Positions 34,101-46,857 of a DNA stretch of 64,000 bases are shown piece by piece (position 1 is the stretch's first letter; each line of letters opens with the position of its first letter). This DNA is from Paraspadella gotoi (taxonomy: Eukaryota > Animalia > Chaetognatha): NCBI GenBank assembly GCA_051294375.1, contig CM119267.1, forward strand, positions 1,974,793 to 2,038,792, written 5' to 3'. The notes beneath the pieces are model-generated. The model did not search any database. It had not been told where the DNA came from and saw only the letters and a program-made list of their open reading frames with translations. The position numbers and the translations under genes were made by a program.

Positions 34101-35249
34101 ATTGACGAATAAATTGAAAGAAATATATAAATATCTTAATTGCTGCGACTCATAAAACTACAAAGGTATAATTAGTTTAACGATGTTAAAAACAACAAAA
34201 GTAATTTTAGTGTGTATTTTGTTAGGGTATATTGAAATCATAATTTTCCTAGAATCGAAACAACATAAAATAAAAACGAATTTCAATGAGTGATAAAAAA
34301 ACAATTTCAATGATTAATAAATAAAAGCAATTGCATTGGATTAATAAAGTGATCAACCAATATGTCAATGATTAAGATAATAAAACAAATTTCAGTATAT
34401 TTTAAATAATATTACTCTGTTTTGAATGATTTATAGATTGAGGTTTCAGATTATATAATATTTTCACCTATTCTAACTCAATCGATACACAAAATAACGC
34501 GAGAGAAGAAATCAATATTAACAATAGTAAATAAATAAGAATAAATAACAAAAATAAGTAAAATAATTATGATTATATATATATTATTCGGGAGAAGGAA
34601 TATAAAACACATAGTAAAAATAGGAATAAAGTCACATCGTATAGTATAGACTTTGATAAATTGAGATTTTTCTCCAATTGAATCGGCTTAGATTCTTTAT
34701 TCTTTCCTTTATATTCCGAACTTCAATTTATCAAAATCACAGTCATTTTAACTGTTTTTCATTTTTTCATATCTCTATTTCTCATTACACGCACAAAATC
34801 ATGGTCACGTTCCTCGCAATTAAAATAAATTTTATCCCTGTTCTTACTCAGTTCTTTCGTTTCTCTTCTCTTCATGTTGTCCAATCCTTGTTCTCCTTCG
34901 CTCTTCATTCGCATTCTCCCTCATTATTCCATCCTTTTCTCCTGTCCTCTTTCTGTTCGCGCATTCTACCCTTCATTTTCCATCCTGTGTTCCTCCTTCC
35001 TCGTTTCAATTCGCAATTCGTCCCTTCATTTTCCATCCTGTTCTCCTTCCTTCTATATCCCTTGCATTCTCACTTATTCTCCTTCCTGCTTTCGATCTTC
35101 GATCTTCTCATTCTACCCCTTACCTTTCGCATCTTTTCATCGCCCGGTTCTGTCTCCCCTTTAACGCCTCCGTAATTTGCGCCGTACTCCCTTCCCTCAT
35201 TGCGTCCGTTCTCCCACTCGACGTATATCCCAGTTCTCCCCCCCAACCA

Positions 35250-38200
35250 AAATGTCCCAAATACTCTGATCGCCTGAGAATTGATCACGGGATTTCACTA
35301 TCACAACGCGGAAGATGCGTAAGTTCCGTCTCCGAGATTTTCGATCGATGAGTCACGCGAGAGAAAATTACGATATTAGAAATTGTGAATCGCACAAGGA
35401 TAAGGAGTTGAAAAGAATTGATATGTGAGTTGACTTTATATGTAAAACAGTAAGATATATGCTTATTAAACGAATTGATTTATGATATATTAATATTAAA
35501 TTGATTGCAAATAATTGATCGAAATTGATTTCAACTTGATTCATGATTTCATTTCGTAAATATTAAGTTAATCGAATTGATTGATAGATTTATGAGACTG
35601 ATTGACTAAAATATATTCGATTGAATGATTTGAATGATTGATAGCATTCCACCTGGCCGGTGGTCGCAGGATTGTGCCCACGTAGTATTGGGCCCATTTT
35701 CTGGGCGCAATCCTACGTGGGTAGAATCCTAATGGAGCCCACCTGGCCGGAAGCCTGTCGTCGAATTCCTCCATCCTTGTCCAAGGTCCATCGCCGACTC
35801 CGACCATAATGATGGAGAGGGGATAAGCGGAAGCTCGGACGAGGGCGTCCACCGACGGACCTGTTTATGTCATTGGGGGGGGGTCGATCTTCAAAAAAGG
35901 TCAGGGGGTCAAAACCTAATGAGTTTGAAACGTCAGAGGGTCTGGGAACTCAGAAAAATGGCCAAGGGATCAATTTGTGAAACCGTGGGCGCTGAGTGAG
36001 CTGAAGATGACTCTCCGCAACTTCTTTAACACCCTCAAGCAGCCAATGAACGGGTCCTGGGTTTGGTACCAGGCTTGAGGGCTTTCCACGAGCCCTCGGC
36101 GGTTTACGGCCGTTCTCACGCTTCCGGCATGGTACGTACCAGATTGGGATTTAACCCGCTACCTAATGGTCATAAGCCGAAGGCTTTAATCAATTGGCGG
36201 GGTGAACTTATTGCAAGATATCCGCGGGTCATCTGTTGAGGTCAAGAGGTCGAAAGATCAAAATTTCAGGGGGTCATCAGATTATATTGATTAAAGATAA
36301 AGAGGTCAAATCATCAAAATTACATAAGATTAATAGATCAAAATGAAATGTTGGTTCAAAAAATTAAAATTTTCTAGGGTCAATAGATTAAAATGTCAGA
36401 GGGTCAAAGATGAAGCAAGCAAAATGTCAGCGGGTGACTGGATTAAATTGTTCAGGTCAAGAGGTCAACAGATGACCTCGTGTTCTTCCACACCCGCTGA
36501 CCTTCAACGGGCATCTGTCCGTCGGCGACGATTATGAGAATGTGATATTCGAAGTTGACTTTGACTTGATCCACTGCGCGATCGATCAATGGAGCGAAGG
36601 AAGTCGGACCTGAGTGAAGATTGTGTCACCCGTGCATACAATTCACGAGTTATGTCGTAGATTCAGTTGCAGAGACTCCGAGAAGCAATTGCAGCAATCG
36701 CCATCGCTGAAGTCGACTTTGTCATGCTATTTTATTTTCTTTTCTTTTTTTTTTCTTTTCTTTTCCTTCCTTTCCTTTCTCCTTTTCTTATCTTTTATCT
36801 TTTTCTTTCTCTTTCTTTTCGTTTCTTTTCCTTTCTTTTCCTTTTCTTTTCTTTTCTTTTCTATTTCTTTTCTTTTCTTATATTTTTATCTTTTTCCTTT
36901 CTAGTCTTATATTTTTTCCATTCTTTTTTCCTTTCCTTTTTCTTACTATTTCTTTTGTCCATTTCGTTTTCAGTTTTTTCAATCAAGAAATGTATGTTTT
37001 TTTTGTTTTGTGCTTTATATTCCATTGGGTTTTTTTAAACGCATAAGATTCAATATTGATTTTACCTGCATAATTCATAATGTGTGATTTTCTTACTCTT
37101 GTGGTATGTAGGCTTTCTCGTGCTAAAACCTTACGGCGAAGATTCGTTACCAAGGCGTTATATTCTTCCCCGATGCAATCTGAAATTACGCTTGTAAGGA
37201 ATGAAGAAAAAATATACTTTTGTTAACGAAAAATAATTTTTTCATTTGTGCGCACAACCACGACTTCGTGGACAACCCACCGGATGTGCGGACCAAAAAC
37301 CACAGGGGATCTATCAACTTAAATTTCATTATAGGAAAATTTTGAGCATAAAATTTTTGGTTTTCCAACTTTCGCGCCCTCAAATTTATTAGTTTTGACT
37401 TCTAGGATTTGATACAACATTGCAATTTCACTGAGCTATTCTATTCTTATCTATTTTTATTTTCCATTTTTATACTCATTAAATTTTATTTATTTATCAG
37501 TTTAGAGTTTTCATTTTTGTTTTTTTTTCTTTCTCTCTTTTCTCTCTCTTATTCTCTCTCTTCTCTCTCTGCTCTTTCAACCAAATCCGTCTTTCTTTAC
37601 TATCTTCTCTCTCTCCCATCTAACACTTCAAGCGCCTTTTTAAAGCGCATCATAAAAATAGTATTGGTTCTCTCTACCTCTTCGCCTCTTCTCCTCTCTC
37701 TCGATCCTCTCTCATCTCGCTCTCTCCTCCTCTCTCTTCTCATCTCTTCTGCTCTCCTACTCTCTCTCTCCTTCAGACACACAGAGACAAATCCTTATAT
37801 ATCCTCACAGAGCCCTTTCTTATTCAGATGAGCAGGCACCTCGGCACGGCTTGCCCCGATCGGTCTCTACTTTCTCTCTACTCTCGTCTCGAGCTCGTCC
37901 GCGTCTCTTCTCTCTTCTCTCTCTCCTCTTCGATCTCTCTCTCTCTTCTCTCTCTCTCTCCGCTCTCTCAACCAGTAAACAGGCAGAAGTTTTTTAAGAT
38001 ACATGGGAAATAACCCAAACTTCTGAGCGTGAGATCAACAGAAAACAGAAAACAGAACATGAAAAAACAGAAAACACTGACAGATGACTGAAAAATCGAC
38101 GGAAAACAGAAAAAGAAAAAACAGAAAACACTGAGGTAAAATCAACAGAAAACAGAAAAAGAAAAAAAAACAGAAAAGAATAAGATGATAAAATAAAAAA

Positions 38201-39307
38201 ACAGCTAAAAAAAAATAAATAAAAAAAAACAGACTCAGAAAACAGAAGGAAAAACTCATCATGGAAAGGGGCTGGGATCTCCTTAGTTCTTACTTCTTAG
38301 TCTTTAGCCTTTAGTCTTTAATACTTATTACTACTTTGTCTTCACCTATGATCTTTTGTTTTGGTGTCTCCAAACCCGTAAGCGTGAACATGACGACCCC
38401 CGGTGAACGGTTCCAGAATTTCACCCAAAACTGCGATGGCGCGTTGATAAGGATTCGAGGTTCGCGTGATCACGTTTCCCGTTAAAGTGTGAAGCGAATG
38501 ACCGTTGAAGCTTTTGCGGCCCTGAACGAGGATATTCAATCTATTACCGATTCATCAGTAATAGTTATACGTTTAATAATAACTGAACAAAGATCTTTCT
38601 GCAGAAATAAAAATGTACTGCAAAAAAAGCGCTGAAGGGAACGAGGAAGAGTGACTTCGCCTGCTAAGTCAATCTTTGTGAATAAGGCGCTAAGTGGGCA
38701 GATGATGACTATCCATAACTTCTATAACCCCCTCTGGCAGACATGGAACAGGTCCTGGGCTTGGAACCAGGCTGTAGCGGTTGTTCCCTACACCCCCAAG
38801 GGCGGGCTTACGGCCGTCCTCACTTCTTCCCTGCAGGGTACTGGTTACCTAGATTGCGATTGGAACCCTGGTACCGTAGTGCGTTCATGAGCTGATGGCT
38901 TTACTCAATGCAAGCAACGTCTTGATAGGCTGGGGTGAACCTTAGGCCAATTGTCTCCGACTAACATTCTCCCTGTCGCCTGATTCCATGCCAGTTTTTC
39001 AGTTGCAGTGATATTCCATCTGACGGATTCAATTTTCGGACGATCCAATGTTTATTTTGGACGCAACACTTTCCGTCAGCCTTTCTTCTTTTAGTATTTC
39101 CTTATTTATTTACTTAGGTCTNNNNNNNNNNNNNNNNNNNNNNNNNNNNNNNNNNNNNNNNNNNNNNNNNNNNNNNNNNNNNNNNNNNNNNNNNNNNNNN
39201 NNNNNNNNNNNNNNNNNNNNNNNNNNNNNNNNNNNNNNNNNNNNNNNNNNNNNNNNNNNNNNNNNNNTTTTTAATTTCCTTCTGTATTGTCAATGACTTT
39301 GGAATCA

Positions 39308-39339
<32 letters not shown>

Positions 39340-39431
39340 TTCCTTGCCTGCCATTCGTTGGATGCGGTGAAGTCAATTCCAATGATGAGCTGCGCCTCTA
39401 AGAGTCCTGCTTGTCTCATCGCCGCTCGAAC
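35250..39431 (-). CDS. Copine-type vWA domain protein (RGLG/copine-family-like); exons approx. 39431-39348, 38521-38346, ~36725-36502, ~35860-35743, ~35395-35250; 5' exon(s) not resolved
   Basis: [22 protein letters not shown]|[11 protein letters not shown]...[17 protein letters not shown]...AYGFGD; [13 protein letters not shown]...[11 protein letters not shown]; [32 protein letters not shown]; a degraded FDNFQFV...EIPDQ exon. Some exons contain indels. Confidence 0.88.
35985..36220 (-). mobile_element. Dispersed repeat containing a tRNA-like (SINE-type) segment
   Basis: Copies at 33809-33985, 38680-38945, 49330-49610 and 51640-51698 share AAGTTCACCCCGCC, CCAGGCTTG and GATGACT motifs. The minus strand shows a tRNA-like stretch (…TAAAGCCTTCGGCTTATGACC…GCGGGTTAAATCC). 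Confidence 0.6.
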
Positions 39432-40142
39432 CTGAATCAATCAAAGTGATAGGTTGAAGCAAGCAATTTTAAAATGACTTTTTTTCTGTTGCGATGAAGA
39501 TATAATGGAAATCCCAAGTAATATTTTGAAAAAAAAGAATTTAAAATCCCTGAACGAAACCTTTAGCTCACGGTTCAAATTTAAAATAGAAAATTTTCTC
39601 TCTCTCTCTGTCTGTCTGTCTGTCTGTCTGTTAAAATTTATGCCCACGTTACGGTAATTCGTTTCTTTAAGCTTTTCTGATTTTAAAATAATCGATTAAT
39701 CTTATTTTGTTTAATACTAAATAAAAGGAAAACGCGGGGTTGTAAATAAACGTTTAATTATAGTAAATGCAATAGATTAAAAAAGATTAATATTTCCGTC
39801 AAATTCTAATTTTATCAGTTTTTATGCTGGAACTGATCAACCAATCAAATTGGAACTGATCAACCAATCAAATTGAGAATCGCGACCGTGAAATAGCGTC
39901 TTTGTTTTTATTTACAAAAAAAAACAGAATTTCTTCAGCGAACGAACAAGTTTGAGCCAACAATGTCGGATCTGCCTACGATAATTAAGCGGTAATAAGC
40001 TAATCCGATGATAAATCATGGTAATTTTTCTGACTTACAAATCGCAACATAACAAATTATAACAGACTTCTTAATAAATCTATGAAAAAATCTATAAATC
40101 AATAGATCTATGAATTACCAGAAGCTGCGCCAATACCAAAAA

Positions 40143-40410
40143 GCATAATTTAGTCAACTTGCATAATTGGTAATTTTGCATAATTTGGTCAATTTGCATA
40201 ATTTGATCAACTTGCATAATTTAATCAAGTTGCATTATTTGGTAAGCTGGCATAATTTGATCAACTGGCATAATTTAGTCAACTGGCAAAATTTGGTCAA
40301 CTTGTTTAATTTTATCAACTGGCATAATTTGGTCAACCTGCAGAATTTGGTCGCTTGAATAATTTGGTCACTTGAATAATTTGGTCAACTGGCATAATTT
40401 GGTCAATCAT
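40143..40410. repeat. 18-bp tandem minisatellite (TGCATAATTTGGTCAACT)
   Basis: Directly visible; produces the spurious HNLVNL ORF. Confidence 0.9.
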
Positions 40411-41239
40411 TCAATAAATCAATCAATAAATCAATCAGAGAGAGATAGAGAGAGGGAAATTTTAAAAATTCAAATAAATGAGTCTTTTGTAAAGCTTAAT
40501 CTTATGAGCAAATCAATATGTAAAATACCCTAAGGCCGAATAGAATATAAATGAATATTATCAAATTAAATACTACTATTAAATACTAAATAATAAACTA
40601 CGTTTTTGAGTTACCTCGACTTTCTGGTTGACTTTCAAGATGTCGACCATCGTGGTTTCAAATGTTGTTTGTTTATTAAACAAAAATGGTAATTCCAATG
40701 TGTTGCGCTGCAGTGACTTTATTTTCACGTGAATTTGATGACATGTGAAAGATTTTGTGACCTCGCGTCCAGTCATTTTTCCCTGGTCATTTAGTTGACC
40801 TTTTAAGACCAGTCTTTTCACCGTTCTAGTTGCTTTCTTGCCGCCTTCTTTTCGCCGAAAACCTCGTAACTTGTTATTCGATCAGAATCGTTTCTCTGTA
40901 AAAGATCGGCTGAATGGAACCGTAGTTTTTACGGAAGCCAAGGATTTTCTACACCAATTTATTATACGACATTGATTTCGCCATTTTTACAATAAATAAA
41001 CTTTCTCACGATTTATTCGCCATTTATTCGACATTTATGTCATTCGAGATTTAGAAAACCTTGCTCCATGTTGAAGCCAGTTCAACCTATGGCCGACGAG
41101 TCAAACGCACGACCCTCGAGGCATAGAAAATAATAAACATTTTCTACATGATATGATATATGATATGAGTTTTGACATGACAAAAAATGTTTTTTGCCCG
41201 TGTATTCATGACATGCACTGTAAAGAGACAGTAATAATC

Positions 41240-41421
41240 GTTATGTGTTAGTGACAGAACCGTTCAATATAAGCAGTCCCTGAACTTCGGATCAGGCTGT
41301 AACACCATGTTACAGGCGGGTTAAGCGCCCCGTCCCTGTTAACTGCCAGACGACCACCGGGCTAGAACCCCGGACCTTTGGCTTGGGAGGCGAATGACTT
41401 GCCTCCGGCACCAATGGCCGC
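41240..41421 (-). mobile_element. Probable tRNA-Gly(CCC)-derived SINE (head 41350-41421)
   Basis: Minus strand GCGGCCA…TTCGC-CTCCCAA-GCCAA…CCGGG-GTTCTAG-CCCGG-TGGTCGT gives a 7-bp acceptor stem and a T-arm. The D- and anticodon arms are imperfect, so it is not called a functional tRNA. Confidence 0.45.
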
Positions 41422-41759
41422 TGATGAACGGTTGGTGGATTTTAGTCCACCATAACTGCATCAAAATTCCATCTTTTATTCCTTATACTTTTAAGAATTC
41501 CTGAAGGCGGCGCTAGCAGTCCCTTATATTTGAGGTTTTTTCGGTCTAAACAACTTAGCTACCAACTATAAGCAAATTAAATGCATTTTTAACATAAATG
41601 GGACAGACCGACGGAGAGACATACCGACCGAAAAGTGACTTATAGACTATAGAGTTGCTCTGCGAGTACTCGAGGCGCAACTAAAAATCAATTAATTACG
41701 TCGATAATTAAGTCCATAAGATAATAAAAAAGTCAGTAAAATATAAACAATAAACAATA

Positions 41760-41873
<114 letters not shown>

Positions 41874-42236
41874 CAAACGGTCTTAAAACCGTACGACGTC
41901 GGAAGCAACTGCCCCTGACTCTTAAAGTTAAACAATTCTTTACATAAAAAATAATCAGTATATCCCGAGTTCACGTTTCTTCATCGTCTTCATAATCGTC
42001 GTCGCGTTCTCTCTCTCTCGAGAAATGGGGCAAAGTAAGACGCAGATATCGAATCCACGACCGTCGGACGTCGAGCCACTTTTCTCCCCCAACGGTCTCG
42101 CCCTCGCGCCGTCACGAGCGTCAATACACGCTACTTTAATATTATCTCTTACCGCATAAAAACTTCTTAGTCACTTTTTTTTTTTTTTTTTCCTTGTTCT
42201 CCTCGGTCAACATCTCTCAACATCTCGTTTTTCGCG

Positions 42237-42736
42237 ATGGAAGCCACTGCAATGGTCTTGGTCATGATAGTGGCGTTGGAATCTTTCAGGTTAATTGTAC
42301 TTTGATTATTGATCAATGATGATGAACTAAAAACTGAAAATACGTAAAATCGGAATACAAAAACCTAGGTTTGAATTGTTAATTGGGAATTTGTATCATA
42401 GAATCAAGATTTGATTACTCGCAAATCTTAATTTTAAATTAATTCAAAAACTTAAAAAGAAAGATTGTAAAATCTTACAATTAAAAATAACCAGTGTCTA
42501 ATCCTAAAATCCTGGTCGGATTCACCCGCAGATCTCGCCCGGTGGAGGGTCTATTAATCTGCGACGATGGTAAAGTTTGTTTTCCTGGTCAGACTTGCTG
42601 CAAGAACACGCACAATAAATGGAGTTGCTGCCCTTTTTTGTTTGCGGTTTGCTGTATCGATGGCATGCATTGCTGTCCTCACGGAGCAACGTGCGAACAG
42701 AAGTCCACACAATGTGAACTGGTGAAATATAAATAG
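42237..42736 (+). CDS. Secreted single-domain granulin (85 aa); exons 42237-42289 and 42532-42736
   Basis: MEATAMVLVMIVALESFR|SRPVEG signal peptide split by a phase-2 GT-AG intron, followed by a complete 12-Cys granulin motif C-x5-C-x5-CC-x8-CC-x6-CC-x5-CC-x5-C-x6-C (CDDGKVCFPGQTCC…WSCCPFLFAVCCIDGMHCCPHGATC…C). Confidence 0.92.
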
Positions 42737-43840
42737 AATCGATTATTCTTAATGATGAGCGGGATCCTACATTAATGGTTCCGCATACGATCAGACGCTT
42801 TTAGACAACGAAATCTGAACTTAAATAATGACTAATTCTTTTCATCTCATTGGTTATTACGAAGCCTTTTTTATTTAAACAAGAACGGGAATTTCTGTGT
42901 TGCGCCCCAGTGACTTTATTTTCATGTGTATTTCTTGAGTACTCGCGGCGCAACTAAAAAATGTTAGTCTCTGATTATATCCTTATCACTGAGAACTTTC
43001 CTGGTAAATTTTTACGAATTAAAAATACGGTAAGACATGATTTATTTAATGATTATTAATCTAATCTTATTAACTGCCTAAAAACATGGAGTAAATTTTA
43101 CAGTATACAAAACTTTTAAAGATTGAATTCCTTATAAGAATTTTTACGTCTTTTACTTAAACAAAACTTTCTTGGCAAGATACCACATTATCTGTTACAA
43201 TTTTTTTTCTCATCCCCTCTTTTTTTTTCCTAGCTCTTTTTTTCTCTCTCTTCATTTTTTATCTCCCTAAAAATGCAACCCTTATATCATTAGAAATGGG
43301 TGAAAATTGTTTTAACAAATCCGTAGTTCTGCCTAATTTTTGTTATGATACAAATTAAATTAATATTGTAAGTAACAACTGAATAATAGGGTGGAGTGAT
43401 GAAAAGATTGAGCGATGGAACAATGTTTTTTGCTACCTTTGTATATGTAATAAAAAATAATTGAGCTCTTTTTCCAATAAATTTTGCATAACAGTATCAT
43501 TTATTGAATTTTCTTTATAGTAATATCCTTATAAAATCATAAAATTTCAAAATCCTATTTTTTCAATTTTAAGAACCATTTTAGATTCGCCAAAAAAAAC
43601 TGAAAAACTTTTGTAAAATATGTTTTATAATATTTTTAGGTAAAAGCTGCGAAAAAATATTAAAACGTTTCATCATATAATAGTTTCTACTACAGAGCGT
43701 AAAAAAGTGGGATATTTTAACCTTTTTTTCTATATTTGATACTAAAGGCATTAAAATTTTTAATAACATGTTTTATATTTTAGATCTTAGAGAAAGCAAA
43801 GAATTTTGAATTTTTAACAATGTTTTTTAATTAATAGTTG

Positions 43841-43874
43841 GACATGTTTCGGCTTTACTTCAAGCCTTCATCAG
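43841..43874 (-). ncRNA. Minimal type I hammerhead ribozyme motif (Penelope-type)
   Basis: Minus strand CUGAUGA-A-GGCUU-GAAGUA-AAGCC-GAA-ACAUGU-C: conserved core, 5-bp helix II and palindromic helix III. Helix I is only 2 bp. Confidence 0.7.
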
Positions 43875-43877
43875 CAT

Positions 43878-44300
43878 ATGACATGGGCGGTTGTCCGTTC
43901 TTGCAAAGACCTCAATGAGGATCTACTAAACTACCTGAACACCATCCATGTGCGGATCAAGTGGACATGTGAGAGGAAGGTGAATGGGTCAATTCCAATG
44001 CTCAATGTGTTGATTCAACGCAAAGAGGGCGGCTCATTGGAATTCTCAGTATATCACAAACCGACCCACACGGACCAATACATTCCCTTCATCTCGCCTG
44101 CTCCCTTGTCTCACAAGCTCGCCACGGTCAGATCCCTTACCAGGAGAGCTGCACTGATTCCGTCGACCCACGAGCTTCAGGCTGCTGAGCTTGAGCACGT
44201 CAAAAGAGCCTTGGCGAGCTTGTGAGCCTTTGAGAAGGCTAGGTATTGGCCGCGCCTGGCTGAGGACAGTGGCCAACCAGGGGCTGTCCAAGTAACCGCT
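43878..44300 (+). mobile_element. Penelope-like retroelement fragment (RT C-terminus/thumb and linker), degenerate
   Basis: LLNYLNTIHVRIKWTCERKVNGSIPMLNVLIQR…FSVYHKPTHTDQYIPFIS.APLSHKLATVRSLTRRA matches the PLE signature F(T)xE.E….L.FLDV…VYRKPT.T..YL...S.HP...K...V.SL..RA. Confidence 0.85.
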
Positions 44301-45241
44301 GACGCATCAAAGCCCTCGAGCCCTCTTTGAACCGTGATGGAGGACGATTCGATCTCCCTCCAAGCTATGATTCGCTTATCAAAAGCGTGGTGGAGGCCCC
44401 TCAACGAGACAGGCGAAGACCGTTGTGCAGGCAATGGGCAAACGATGCCTCTCCCTCTAATGCAGCAACTCAGCCCCTCCCTCTGCGGAATGAGCGTCGC
44501 CCAAAACGACGGCTTCAGGAGGAGGGAGAGGAGTCCATCACTCCAGTCACAAAAGTGGCAAGAATGGACAACCGCCCACCTCGTCAGCAGGCGAGAAGAG
44601 GGCAGCCAGCAGGCATATCAGGCCAAAGAGACATAAGAGTGGCCCTGGGGATCTTTCCGCAAGGATCGCTTCCCAATGCGGCATTCACCAGTTCGGTCGT
44701 ACTCTCCTCTCAGCCACTGACACGCCAATGACCCGTCTTCATCGTCCTTGTCCTTCATTTGCACAAAAAAAGGGGGGCCAGCTCATTTTGAGCTCTTTCT
44801 TTCCCTTGAATTTTACTTTCTTAGTCTCCTAATTATCAACTAAAACTATAAAACTACTTTCTTTCATATTTCAATTTCACTTAACTATCCCTTAGCTAAT
44901 TACTTATTTATTCACTAGTTAAATGTTAAATTTCATCAATATTAGTTTTTCAAACTCCTTTATCTTTGTTGTACATAGCAAAAATGTATCTTTATTATTT
45001 ATTTATCCCTGTTGTTTTGTTTCTCTCTCTCTCTCTCACTCTCTCTCTCTCTATCTCTTTCACAAGTTTCACTTCTTTTCACAACTCACTCAATCTGCCC
45101 TCACCTTCAACCTGTCCTCACATCTGACCACTATTCTGTCTCACCACTTTGTTGGAAAAACTTTTACCCTCTCTCTCTCTTTTTCTCTCTCTCTCTCTCA
45201 CACTCTACTTTTACAAAAAATTTATTATTGAATGTCATATG

Positions 45242-45278
45242 CTGATAAAGGCTTGAAGTAAACAAGCCGAAACATGTC
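45242..45278 (+). ncRNA. Second hammerhead motif (core variant CUGAUAA, probably inactive)
   Basis: CTGATAA-A-GGCTT-GAAGTAAAC-AAGCC-GAA-ACATGT-C, the inverted partner of 43841-43874. Confidence 0.6.
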
Positions 45279-45303
45279 CAACTATTAATTAAAAATCGTT
45301 GTT

Positions 45304-46857
45304 GGTTCCGCGTACAAACGTTGCATTTCAGAAAAAAACGACTCTTTCCACTATTGTTCAGTTGTTAACTACAATGTGATTAAAACTTTGTACCACAACA
45401 CAAATTAGGCCGAACGAAGGATGGTTAGAAACATCTCCACCCATTTCTAATATATAAATAGTACCATTTTGGCAACTTTTAGCCAAAAAAATTATGTCCA
45501 TTTTTGTCCATTTTTACTTACGACTTCTGATTGAATGCCAAGGAAAGTTGAGAAAAATTTTTTACTTTTGGAAATCCGTTCTTTCTTATCTTATTTACCT
45601 CTGGGTAAATTTATAGCTTAATCATTTATAGTTTGCCTATGAATTAATTTTAAAGTAAACAAGTCAAAAAGTTGGAGTTTCAGTCTTTATCATAATTGTT
45701 GTTAAACAAAAATAAATCAAAATGTTGAAATTAACAGAAAATATAGCCTATTGAATAAGCTTTAACACCTATAAAAATTATCAAAACATTTTTTTGGTTT
45801 AGTCACAAATAATTTTTAAAGACGTTTTTTTAATTTGTGACTTTTTGTGACTTGCATTTATTTTTTATAAAGAGAAATATTTTTAACTCATTATTAGTTT
45901 TTAAAAGATGAAGGTACATACTGACCTTGATTAATTTAAAAAAACCGCATCCTTTTAACCCAATGGAAAGCGTCAGGACTTGTTTTTTTCTCAGAATCAA
46001 CAGATTTTGAAAAAAATTTTTCTGCAAATCTGTCGATTTACTTATTTGCTAGGCAACCAAAATTGAAAGAAAATATGTGCTACCGTTTTATTTTCTTTCT
46101 TATAATGAATCTAAGAATTTTATCGATTTGGTTCAATATAAATGAAGAAAATAAGTTAAAGGAAAAGGAAAGGGAGAACAAGAAAAGGAGAAGGGAATAT
46201 GAAGGAGAGAAGAGAGAGAATGAGGTGAAAAAATGAGAAAAAAGGAAGGCAAAGGGATAAAAAGTGAGAGTAGATAAAGGAGCGGGGAATTTAAAGAAAA
46301 GAAGGGGAAAGAAAGGGAGGAGAGAATAAGAAAAAAAAAAAAATAAGGGAAATGGAGGAGAAGCAGGAAAGGGTAGGGGTAAAAAAAATGGAAAGTGAGG
46401 TCGGATATGAAAGGAGGAAAAGGGTTAAAAAAATGAAGAAAAGCTGTGAAGAAGAAAGAGTAACGAGAAAGAAAACAGAGGAGATATGAGAAGGAAAAAT
46501 GGTAACAGATTTGTGGTATCTTTGATGAATAGTTTGCTCTAAATAAAAGATGCAAAAATTATTATAGGGAATTCAATCTTTAAAAGTTTTCTGTACCATG
46601 AAAATTCATACATACTTTTTTTAAAACTAAGGAAGTTAATGAGATTAGATTGATAAGCATCGAAGAAATCTTGTCTTACCGTATTTTTAATTCATAAAAT
46701 TTTATCTGGGACGTACTATGTCATAAGAGGAAGATAATTATAGCCTACCGTTTTTTTAAATGAAGAAAGATTCATACTAGTCAATGAGATCATCAGAGAT
46801 GAACGTAAATTAAGTTCAGATTCCATTGCCTAAAAGAGTCTGATTGTAGGCGGAACC
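45304..46857. mobile_element. Second copy of the GGTTCCGC DNA transposon, inverted and nested, 4-bp TSD TGTT
   Basis: tgtt|GGTTCCGCGTAC … GTAGGCGGAACC|tgtt. Removing it restores a contiguous right arm of the foldback element. Confidence 0.82.

Noticed and set aside
41350-41421. Functional tRNA-Gly gene
   Set aside because: The anticodon stem is mismatched and the D- and T-loops are irregular; a SINE head fits better.
44327-44731. ORFs downstream of the Penelope RT fragment as a GIY-YIG endonuclease
   Set aside because: No GIY/YIG or CCHH motifs are visible; the endonuclease appears to be deleted.
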